Positions 55,495 through 64,000 of a stretch of DNA of 64,000 nucleotides are shown here, piece after piece; position 1 is the first letter of the stretch, and every line of letters begins with the position of its first letter. A program made the translations under genes and the position numbers. This DNA comes from Opitutales bacterium (GTDB lineage: Bacteria > Verrucomicrobiota > Verrucomicrobiia > Opitutales > UBA2987), in the NCBI GenBank assembly GCA_965226885.1, contig CBDDEL010000016.1:448001-512000 (forward strand). The letters are read 5' to 3'. The notes beneath the pieces were generated by a model that was given only the letters and a program-made list of their open reading frames with translations, did no database searches and was not told the origin of the DNA.

Positions 55495-56238
55495 CTATCT
55501 TTTAAGTTTACGCAACAACATAGCCAGAGGATCGTAAAATTGGTCAACCACTCGTTCCTTGAGGGGAATAATGGCATTGTCGGTTATTGTGATCTCCTCT
55601 GGACAGACCTTGGTGCAGCACTTGGTGATATTGCATAAGCCGACGCCGTGGGCTTTTTTTAATTCCTCCAGACGATCTTCAGTGTCCAGCGGGTGCATTT
55701 CCAGCGCAGCCACATGAACCAGGAACCGGGGGCCGATAAATTCTTCGTGCATCTGATGTTCCCGCAATACGTGGCAGACATCCTGACAGAGGAAACACTC
55801 GATGCATTTGCGAAATTCCTGCACGCGATCAATGTCCTCCTGCCAGATGCGCCAGGAACCGTCGGCAGCGTCCGGCGGGCGGGGTTTGAATGGCTTGATT
55901 TTCTTTTTGACGTGAAAATTCCAGGAAACGTCAGTCACCAAGTCCTTGATGAGCGGAAAGGCTTTCATGGGTTCGACGGAAACGGGTTTTTGCAATGGAA
56001 GATCGGCCAGGCGGGTCATGCACATGAGACGCGGAACTCCATTGACTTCAGCCGAACAGGAACCGCATTTTCCGGCTTTGCAATTCCAGCGGCAGGCCAG
56101 ATCGGGAGCTTGTTCGGCCTGAATTTGACGGACCGCGTCGAGAACCACCATACCCTCTGAGATGGGGGTTTCGTATTGTTCAAACTTTACTCCTTGCGAG
56201 GTTCCCCGCAGTATTTTGAAGGTTACCTTGTCACTCAT
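55495..56238 (-). CDS. sdhB: succinate dehydrogenase/fumarate reductase iron-sulfur subunit
   Basis: CKAGKCGSC, CIECFLCQDVC, CNITKCCTKVCP. Confidence 0.92.
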   Translation of the reverse strand: MSDKVTFKILRGTSQGVKFEQYETPISEGMVVLDAVRQIQAEQAPDLACRWNCKAGKCGSCSAEVNGVPRLMCMTRLADLPLQKPVSVEPMKAFPLIKDLVTDVSWNFHVKKKIKPFKPRPPDAADGSWRIWQEDIDRVQEFRKCIECFLCQDVCHVLREHQMHEEFIGPRFLVHVAALEMHPLDTEDRLEELKKAHGVGLCNITKCCTKVCPEEITITDNAIIPLKERVVDQFYDPLAMLLRKLKR

Positions 56239-58067
56239 CCCATTTCCTTGATGATGGTTTTAAGTTCCTCCGGCATTTCCGGTATCGGTTTACTACGAAC
56301 GCGCATTTTTCCATCGGGACCTTTGACGGTGACATGATTGCATTGGCCAAAGTCGGAATTTTTCTCGGGATAATCCTCCCGAAAATGGGCCCCGCGACTC
56401 TCTTTTCGTTCGAGGGCGGATAGGGCGATGGCTTCAGAGACCGTGAGCAAATGGGTCAGGTCCAAAGCCGTATGCCAACCCGGATTGAAACCCCGGTTTC
56501 CGGCAACATGCACCCGGCCCGCTCTTTCCCTCAAGATTTCGAGTCCTTCCAGGGCGTGCCGCATTTCCTCTTCTTTCCTCACGATTCCCACATTATGCTG
56601 CATCAATTTCTGTAAATCGCTTTGTATCGAATAAGGGTTTTCGGTTCCATTCTGTGGATCGTTATCCCGGCCAAATGGTTCCAGGGCCATTTTGGCGGCT
56701 TCTTCGATGGGCTCGTGACCGATACTGCCGAGACTGTTTTCCCGCGCAAATTTGGCGGCATATTCTCCGGCCCGTTTTCCCAAAACCAGCAGATCGGACA
56801 GGGAATTGCCCCCGAGGCGGTTGGCCCCGTTGATGCCGGCAGCACATTCCCCGCAGGTAAAAAGCCCCAGCACGGTGGACATTTGGGTGTCGGCATTGGC
56901 ATAGATGCCGCCCATTATGTAATGGGTGGTGGGTCCCACTTCCATGGGCTCTTTGGTTATGTCGATACCGGCCAGTTGTTTGAACTGATGGTACATGCTG
57001 GGGAGCTTTCTTTTAATGTGCTCCTCGGCATTGGGAAGTTTTTCTTTGATCCAGGCAATATCGAGGTAAACGCCTCCGTGCGGGCTGCCCCGGCCTTCCT
57101 TGATTTCTTTCACAATGCAGCGGGCGGTGTGATCGCGTGTGAGGAGCTCGGGCGGGCGGCGGGCGTCTTTGTCGCCTTGGGTGTAGCGCCAGCCTTCTTC
57201 CGGGTTGTCGGCCGTTTGGTTTTTGTAGTTATCCGGGATCTCGTCGAACATAAACCGCCGATTTTCATTGTTTAATAAAATGCCGCCCTCGCCCCGGACG
57301 CCTTCGGTGACCAGAATGCCTCGAACGCTGGGAGGCCAAACCATGCCGGTGGGGTGAAATTGAATGAACTCCATGTCGATCAATTCAGCGCCGGCCTCAT
57401 ATGCGAGGGAATGGCCATCGCCGGTGCAATCCCAACTGTTGCTGGTGATCTGGTAGGCCTGGCCGATGCCCCCGGTGGCCAAAATGACGGCTTTGGCCCG
57501 AAATAGCTGGAAGCGGCCTTTTTCCCGGTCGTAAACAAAAGCTCCGCAAACGCGGGAACCATCGCCATCTTTCAAAAGGCGGATTACGGTACATTCCATG
57601 TGCACTTCGATGCCTTGATGGATGCCGTGATCCTGGAGGGTACGGAGCATTTCCAGGCCGGTGCGGTCGCCCACGTGAACCAAGCGCGGATACTTGTGCC
57701 CGCCAAAATTTCTCTGCAAGATGCGGCCGTCTTTGGTGCGGTCGAAAACGGCGCCCCAGGCTTCCAGTTCCCGCACGCGCTGAGGCGATTCCTGAGCATG
57801 GATTTGGGCCATGCGCCAATTGTTGATGTATTGCCCGCCGCGCATGGTGTCGGAAAAATGCACTTTCCAGTTGTCGCGATCGTCCACATTACCGAGAGCG
57901 GCAGCGATGCCTCCCTCAGCCATTACGGTGTGGGCTTTGCCCAGGAGGCACTTGCAAATCATACCGACAGAGGAGCCTTCAGCCGAAGCCTCAATGGCCG
58001 CCCTTAAACCGGCTCCGCCGACGCCAACGACCAACACGTCATACTCAAATTCCTTGTAATCGACCAT
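56235..58067 (-). CDS. sdhA: succinate dehydrogenase/fumarate reductase flavoprotein
   Basis: True start MVDYKEFEYDVLVVGVGGAGLRAA; KAHTVMAEGG, QFHPTG, THYIMGG, NRLGGNSL, ESRGAHFR. Confidence 0.93.
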   Translation of the reverse strand: MVDYKEFEYDVLVVGVGGAGLRAAIEASAEGSSVGMICKCLLGKAHTVMAEGGIAAALGNVDDRDNWKVHFSDTMRGGQYINNWRMAQIHAQESPQRVRELEAWGAVFDRTKDGRILQRNFGGHKYPRLVHVGDRTGLEMLRTLQDHGIHQGIEVHMECTVIRLLKDGDGSRVCGAFVYDREKGRFQLFRAKAVILATGGIGQAYQITSNSWDCTGDGHSLAYEAGAELIDMEFIQFHPTGMVWPPSVRGILVTEGVRGEGGILLNNENRRFMFDEIPDNYKNQTADNPEEGWRYTQGDKDARRPPELLTRDHTARCIVKEIKEGRGSPHGGVYLDIAWIKEKLPNAEEHIKRKLPSMYHQFKQLAGIDITKEPMEVGPTTHYIMGGIYANADTQMSTVLGLFTCGECAAGINGANRLGGNSLSDLLVLGKRAGEYAAKFARENSLGSIGHEPIEEAAKMALEPFGRDNDPQNGTENPYSIQSDLQKLMQHNVGIVRKEEEMRHALEGLEILRERAGRVHVAGNRGFNPGWHTALDLTHLLTVSEAIALSALERKESRGAHFREDYPEKNSDFGQCNHVTVKGPDGKMRVRSKPIPEMPEELKTIIKEMG

Positions 58068-58870
58068 TAAAATAATCTCCAATCCGTCCACACGCCCATT
58101 GAGCAAAGCCGCACATAAACATCTGAAAACCCAACCCAGAAAAGGCTCAACCAGGCGAAACGCATATGCCTTTTGTTGAGGCAACTGACGCAGCCATAGG
58201 CATGTTTGCGGGCCGGCGTTTTGGTGATCTGGTCTATCATTCCGCCTACCAGGTGCCGCAGCGAATGGCAGCCCAAAGTGTATCCGCCGAGCAGGATTAC
58301 GTTGACGGCCAAAACGAGCGTCCCCACACCGATTCCAAACGAGACGCTTCCGGTTGCCGGGTCCTCGAACCAGAGGGCTTTCCAGACATCGTGGGTGAGG
58401 AAGATTATAAAGCCAAGGGCCAGGTAGAGAAAGTAGCGATGGATATTCTGCATGATCAGGGGGAAGGAGTTTTCTCCCCAAAAACTTTTTCGCGGTTCGC
58501 CCACCGCACAGGCGGGCGGATCGGCCCAAAATGCCTTGTAGTAGGCGCCCCGGTAATAATAGCAGGTGAGCCGGAATCCGGCTGGCGCCCAGAGGATGAG
58601 AAAAGCCGGCGACCACGGCAGCGCGGAGGGCCAGATTGACGGTTTTTGCCCAAACCAGCTATGGCCTGAACTTCCAAAAAGCTCCGGGGAATAAAATGGC
58701 GAGAGATAGGGGCCGAAGGTGTAATGATTTCCCTGGAAGGCGGCCCAGGTCGAGTAAATGATAAATGCCGATAGGCCCGCAAACACCGCCAGGGGTTGAG
58801 CCCACCAGGCGTCCGTGCGCATGGTTTGCCCAAAGCTGCTTTGTTTCAAATTGGCATTTGTGTATTCCAT
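58067..58870 (-). CDS. Sdh1-type (Rv0249c-like) membrane anchor subunit
   Basis: FRLTCYYYRGAYYKAFW.DPPACAV, YTLGCHSLRHLVGG; first gene of the operon. Confidence 0.8.
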   Translation of the reverse strand: MEYTNANLKQSSFGQTMRTDAWWAQPLAVFAGLSAFIIYSTWAAFQGNHYTFGPYLSPFYSPELFGSSGHSWFGQKPSIWPSALPWSPAFLILWAPAGFRLTCYYYRGAYYKAFWADPPACAVGEPRKSFWGENSFPLIMQNIHRYFLYLALGFIIFLTHDVWKALWFEDPATGSVSFGIGVGTLVLAVNVILLGGYTLGCHSLRHLVGGMIDQITKTPARKHAYGCVSCLNKRHMRFAWLSLFWVGFSDVYVRLCSMGVWTDWRLF

Positions 58871-59746
58871 TTCAGGCAACAATCAGAAAATCAATCCGGC
58901 TCAAGCGGTTGGATATAGGGTCGGGATATTGATGATATAGGGTCGGGATATTGATTCTGGCAAGTATTACTTTTAGAGGGGCTCCCCCACCAAGAAAAAA
59001 AAACGGGAATAGGTTTTACCATTGGCTTCGATTATTTATTCGCTGTCCAAAGATGGGTGGAGGCCCTCTGCCGCGGTGGCGAGGAGTTGGGCGGTTTTTG
59101 GGGAAAGAATGGTGAGGGCAATCTCCGCATAAGCGGGGCGGAGGGCGGCAGGTTGGGGAAAAGCGACGCTCTGGCCAACGATTTCAGATCGCACCCAGAC
59201 GCCTTCAGGATTCAAAACACGCCTGTAATAACGCACTTTAAATGAAACTATATTGCCCAGCAAAAAAGATTGTTCGATGTTCGATGGTGCGAGGATCTGA
59301 AAAATCATGAAATCGGGACTCTTCCACATTTTCCAGGTTTCCCTGCATTTGCTGAAAAGACTCGTCTGATTCGATGACTGTTCTATAGAGACTGGAGAGC
59401 CCGCTGGTGGTGGAGGAAGCGGTCAGTGGGTCGATGGGGAGGAGACGGTAGCTGACCGCGTTGAGATCGCCGGAGTGGTTACGGTCCCGATCTCTGGCGG
59501 ATGTAAAAAACCTCAGCCAGAGGGTACTGCCGGGCGTAGTTTGAGAAGCGCCCTGATCGGAAATTAGCCACGTTTTGCCATCATCGCGGAAAAATGCGCC
59601 GGAAAGATCCCTAGCCAAGTAATCGAGAACGATATCCGCCTCCAGATCCTGTGCATAATCGTTGGTTGCACCCTGCCACGATTCGAGGACGTTGTTGGAC
59701 AAGTAGAGAACTATAGCCGCCAAAACAACCATCAAAACGGAAGCTA

Positions 59747-62196
59747 TTAATCCGGCAATTGAATAGTAACAGTTAAGCGGCGTATTGAACATCCCGATGA
59801 TGGAAGAGTTCTTTAATCAAAATTGGTTTTCGTTGCCTGCTGCGCAGGTGGGTTCGCAGACTTCCCTGCAACTCAATTTGGCTGCGCGGGGCCGGCAGGT
59901 TCTTCAAGTTGGCTTTGACCGTGTTATTCAAATACTCATCGGGGTTCAATTCGGGACTGTAAGATGGTAGATAAAAAATCCCGATCCTATCGCGGTGTGA
60001 AATGGACGGGGAAAACTGGACAGTGGAATAAGGTGGTCTTGAACCACTAAATCCGCTAACCTATGAATGTTATTAAATCACGAAAGAGAAGACAATACAG
60101 TGCTGAGTTTAAAGCCCGAGTGGCCCTGGAAGCCATCAGGGGCGCTCATACCATCAACGAGATCGCCGGTCGTTTTGAGGTGCATCCCAACCAGGTGACC
60201 CAATGGAAGAAGCAGCTTTTGCAGGGAGCAACGGAGCTGTTTTCGCGCCAGCGGCAGACTCTCAGCAAGGACAACGAGACGGAAAAAGATCACCTTTACC
60301 AGGAGATTGGAAAGCTGAAAGTAGAATGCGATTGGCTAAAAAAAAAGTCTGAACAATTCGGTTGGTGAGAGGCGCAAGATGGTGCAACCACTTCAAGGAA
60401 AAATCAGTATCGGCAGGCAATGTCAGTTGCTGGGGCTGGCCCGCGGCAGCTATTACTATCGGGCCCGTGCCCAGTGCGAGCAGAACGTTCTCTACATGCA
60501 TCGCATGGATGAGCTCTACACCCAATATCCGTTTTTTGGTTCTCGCCGGATGACCCAGTGGCTGCGTCGAGAGGGCCATGCAGTGGGACGAGGCCGCATC
60601 CAGCGGCTCATGCGCCAAATGGGCCTGGAGGCTATTTATCCGCGTCGAAACTTGAGCCAGGGGCACCGGCAGCACCGCATTTTCCCTTATCTGCTGCGGG
60701 GTTTGGCGGTCGAGCGGCCCGACCAGGTATGGTGCAGCGACATCACTTACCTGCGGCTGAGCCGAGGATTCCTTTTCTTGACCGTGGTGTTGGACTGGTT
60801 CAGCCGCTACGTGTTGAGCTGGCAGCTTTCCAACACCCTGGAGAGCCGCTTCTGTGTGCTCGCCCTGGAGGAAGCTCTGAGGCGGGCCCAACCTCAAATC
60901 TTCAACACCGATCAAGGCAGCCAGTTTACCGGCAGCGAGTTCACCTCGGTGCTGGGGCAAGCCGGGGTGCGCATCAGCATGGACGGGCGTGGCCGCTACC
61001 TGGACAACATATTTGTTGAACGCTTTTGGAGAACCCTCAAGTATGAAGACATTTACCTGCGCGAATACGCCACGGCAAAGGAAGCCAGCGAAGGGATAGC
61101 CCGCTACCTGGACTTCTACAACCACCTGCGCCCCCACCAAGCCCTGGGCTACCGGACCCCGGCCGAAGTCCATGCAATCGGAGCAAAACCAACCTCCCCG
61201 CCAATACAGCTTGCGGGCACCTGCGTGCCCGTCTTTGGCTAAGGACAAAATATATTTTTAAAAAATAATATGAACACGATTTCCACCTTAATCCCACGTC
61301 AAAATTGTCCAAACAACCCCGTCCACTTCAGTGGGCTTCAATCCAACCGGTTACTTTTTTAGCATGATGCACTCTCAGATTGTCCACAATGAGAAAGATT
61401 TTCCGTTTGGCTCCTTTGATTAACTGGCGCAGAAATTTGATAAACAGTTCCACATTCAAGGCTCCCTTGTAAACCATGAAACGCAGCTTTCCACGGTTGG
61501 TTATAGTCGAGATCATGCTCGTGCTAAAACGACGCGCACTGCGTTTGGCAACTGGCGTTTTACCGCGCGGAGCATAACCTCTTCCCCGATGATCTTCGCT
61601 ACTGATGCCGGTTTCATCTCCCCAGTGGATTTGGGCCTGTTGCGCTTTGGCTCTGGCTTCGATGGCCGGGTAAGTTTGATCAAGCCACTTCTTAATCGCC
61701 TCAGGCTGCTGCTCATAGGCTTGTCTTCGAGGTTTTTGTGGAGTGAAACCCCAACGGCGAAGATACTCGCCCACCGTGCGGATCGGCATCTTCAAAGCAA
61801 ACTGCCTTTCAATCAACTCTTGCACCGCTTGGCGCGTCCACAGGGCAAAGGGCATCTTAAGCTGGTCGGGTCTCTTATCGGTAATCATTCGGCACACCAT
61901 GCGCTCTTGTTGGGAGCTCAATCTTCGACATTGGCCCTGCCGACGGCCCCGTTGTCCAAGCCGCAGGGCTTTTGGCCCTCCATTTCGGTAAAGGGCCCAC
62001 CATTTGCGCACAGCGCTGATCGATACCTTTAAAACCACGGAAACCTCTTCATAAGTGCAACCCTCTCTTTTCAGATCCACCGCCCGACACCTCAGCTCAT
62101 ATATAGTCTCTTCGCTTAGTAAACGCGCATCATTCCTATTCATGAACCTACTTTAGCATAAGTTATTGATATGTCACTATTTATTTGCCGGATTAA
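59747..62196 (-). mobile_element. IS630-family element copy 2, interrupted by IS3-type A
   Basis: Same IRs as copy 1; TA TSD. Confidence 0.92.
59998..61330 (+). mobile_element. IS3-family type A, copy 4
   Basis: 1333 bp; TSD GTG. Confidence 0.95.
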
Positions 62197-62270
62197 TAAC
62201 AAGACTTCGACCAGGGTAAAGGCTCCGGAATTCGGATTGAAGGTGAATTTTCTTTGGCGTTGTGCGGGCA

Positions 62271-62855
62271 TCAGTTGGCCGTCCGTGTTACCGCGTAATT
62301 ATAAAGGGTGATAAAATTATTTGCTGACACATCAGGGCTGATGGCGACCGGTGTTCCCGGCTCGACCATGGTTTCGGCGTAAACCCAGGCTTCCAGGGCA
62401 AGATACCCTTTCGGGTAGTCGCCGGGATTGGAAGGGAGGAGTCCGGTGATTCTATTTTCTTCGAGCCCGCGAAAGGACAAGGGCGAATTTTTCAGAATAA
62501 TTTTTATAACCGGCCCGGTGGACCGCGACAGTTCGTCCTGCAATCCTGCGTAAGCGGACTCCCGCAGGGTCGATTCCCTGCCCCCCGGGTTGTCGTCCGG
62601 TTGATACGTATAAAAAAACAAAACTTTTTGGGAATCCTCCGCCACCCAGGAATATACGGTGTTGAAGTCTTTATCCCGTAAAAAGGCGTCCAGCCTTCCG
62701 GCCAGCGCCTCGGTCTGGTCATGAGTCTGAATTTCGGTCAGTTGCCGGGCCGAACGAGCCAGAAATGACATCAGCACAACCAAAGTCAGGGAAATGACAC
62801 CGACGGACAAGACGACTTCGAGAAGCATAAAGGCGTTTTTACGGGGTAGAAGCAT
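62271..62855 (-). CDS. prepilin-type N-terminal cleavage/methylation protein
   Basis: KNAFMLLEVVLSVGVI. Confidence 0.75.
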   Translation of the reverse strand: MLLPRKNAFMLLEVVLSVGVISLTLVVLMSFLARSARQLTEIQTHDQTEALAGRLDAFLRDKDFNTVYSWVAEDSQKVLFFYTYQPDDNPGGRESTLRESAYAGLQDELSRSTGPVIKIILKNSPLSFRGLEENRITGLLPSNPGDYPKGYLALEAWVYAETMVEPGTPVAISPDVSANNFITLYNYAVTRTAN

Positions 62856-63483
62856 TGGGAATGCCTGTGAAAAGGGATATGCTGCCCGTTTTGTGGATGA
62901 CTAATCCGCGGGATTTTTGATTATAATCTTCAATTTTCTCAGGGCCGGAATCCTCCTCGGGTCGTTGGGTGGAAAAAACGATCCTGCTCCCGGCGGTGTT
63001 GGTGGCCGCTGTTCCATTGCTGTCGATTTGATAATAATACCATTGCTCCCCCACCCCGGCAACGGCCTGTGTTTTGGGAAATGATATTCGCATGGTGTTT
63101 AGTGGGCTGCTCATGGATTCCAGAAAATAGACGCCGGAGGGTAAGAACACACCGTCCCGCGGAGCTATCCAATCATCTCCATCGGGATTTATTGGGTTTT
63201 TGTAGATGAAACCGAGGTAGCGGAGCTTTTTTTCTGGATTGGAATCGTCTTTGTGAATGAGGAGGCGGGCTTCGGTATTTTTCAGGATGGCCTGGAGCCG
63301 GGCCGAACCGAGAAGAGAAATTGCGGTTCTTTGACTAGTTTGCAAGGACAGCCCTTGCCCGTTTTTACCCGGCCACAGGGCCAACCCTAGGGCTCCTCCC
63401 AGCAATGCCATCAGCCCGATCACGACGAGAATTTCAAAGAGAGTGAAGGCCGAGGCCCGTTTTCGTTTTGCAGAGAAATTCAT
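62839..63483 (-). CDS. prepilin-type (FimT/GspH-like) protein
   Basis: SAFTLFEILVVIGLMALL...SARLQAILKN. Confidence 0.8.
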   Translation of the reverse strand: MNFSAKRKRASAFTLFEILVVIGLMALLGGALGLALWPGKNGQGLSLQTSQRTAISLLGSARLQAILKNTEARLLIHKDDSNPEKKLRYLGFIYKNPINPDGDDWIAPRDGVFLPSGVYFLESMSSPLNTMRISFPKTQAVAGVGEQWYYYQIDSNGTAATNTAGSRIVFSTQRPEEDSGPEKIEDYNQKSRGLVIHKTGSISLFTGIPNASTP

Positions 63484-63496
63484 GCCTTAGCGCTTC

Positions 63497-64000
63497 TCAG
63501 TCCCAACTGGCGATGGTTTTCCATTCCTCGCACCCGCTGCCGCTTTTTAACGAATAAATGGCCACGGCTCCATGAAGGTCTTCACTTCCGGACGGCAGAT
63601 TTTTCTTTTCAATGACTCCATTGCCGTCCCCGTCGAAAACGAGGTAAATGTTGGGATTGCCGAAAGCGTCCACGAGATCGCCCTTTTGCACGGTTTCTCC
63701 GCAAATGGTGAGCGTGTCGGAGGCTAACTCGGATTCGTTGAATCGATAAAAGGGAATGCTTTGTTTATTGGCGGCTTGGGCGTAGGCATTATCGGATGGA
63801 CTGCCGTCGATTTTTCTTCCCGAAAGCGTCTCCATAAAAACTTCGGTGACGTCGCTCAGGGGAATTAACGGATCGGCGTCGGTGGAAGTGAGGCCGAAAT
63901 TCGGATAAAATCCGTATTCGATTTTGAATTGTTGGAGGGCCATGGCGTATTGGCTGAATTGGGCCCTGGATTTTGCCGTCAGCACAGCTTTGCGAACCGA
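63497..64000 (-). CDS. GspG-like major pseudopilin, 5' end outside the window
   Basis: AKSRAQFSQYAMALQQFKIEYGFYP...LVDAFGNP...IASWD. Confidence 0.7.
   Translation of the reverse strand, partial: SVRKAVLTAKSRAQFSQYAMALQQFKIEYGFYPNFGLTSTDADPLIPLSDVTEVFMETLSGRKIDGSPSDNAYAQAANKQSIPFYRFNESELASDTLTICGETVQKGDLVDAFGNPNIYLVFDGDGNGVIEKKNLPSGSEDLHGAVAIYSLKSGSGCEEWKTIASWD

Larger units (their letters stand above)
59036..62271 (-). pseudogene. prepilin-type (PulJ/PilW-like) protein split by IS630 and frameshifted
   Basis: MPAQRQRKFTFNPNSGAFTLVEVLL|ASVLMVVLAA rejoins at TA; 7-bp duplication TGTTCGA x2 (59271-59284). Confidence 0.8.

Noticed and set aside
58068..58616. 183-aa N-terminal extension of SdhA in the ORF track
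   Set aside because: Overlaps the anchor gene in another frame; the FAD-binding motif starts right after ATG 58067

Overview
Bacterial chromosomal window, probably Verrucomicrobiota/Opitutales-like. This is inferred from the ECF sigma/FecR style, the SNF2, SurA-like and WaaA genes and a prepilin cassette. The genome looks to be actively degrading. About 22 kb of the 64 kb is insertion sequence (three IS3-family types, IS1380, IS1, IS4, IS21, IS630), often nested or with mismatched flanks. Most accessory genes are pseudogenes, while housekeeping genes (SNF2 helicase, TruC-like, SurA/PpiD-like, miaA, trpA, waaA, menA, Sdh1-type sdh, queuosine salvage) are intact. Main observations: (1) a ~110-aa Trp-rich C-terminal domain (core WPWIYHDEHGWQ...RFFQRLDxGSLFSVP) ends three unrelated signal-peptide proteins and also survives as an orphan fourth copy, making it a candidate undescribed surface-sorting or anchoring module; (2) at least 18 perfect short tandem duplications (4-24 bp) cause most frameshifts, and one 260-bp duplication has a junction templated from a nearby IS gene; (3) a decayed IPTL-CTERM sorting locus, two intact paralogous AP2-domain genes, a 280-bp MITE-like element and a possible oriC. 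All family calls come from motif recognition by eye; no database search was run.
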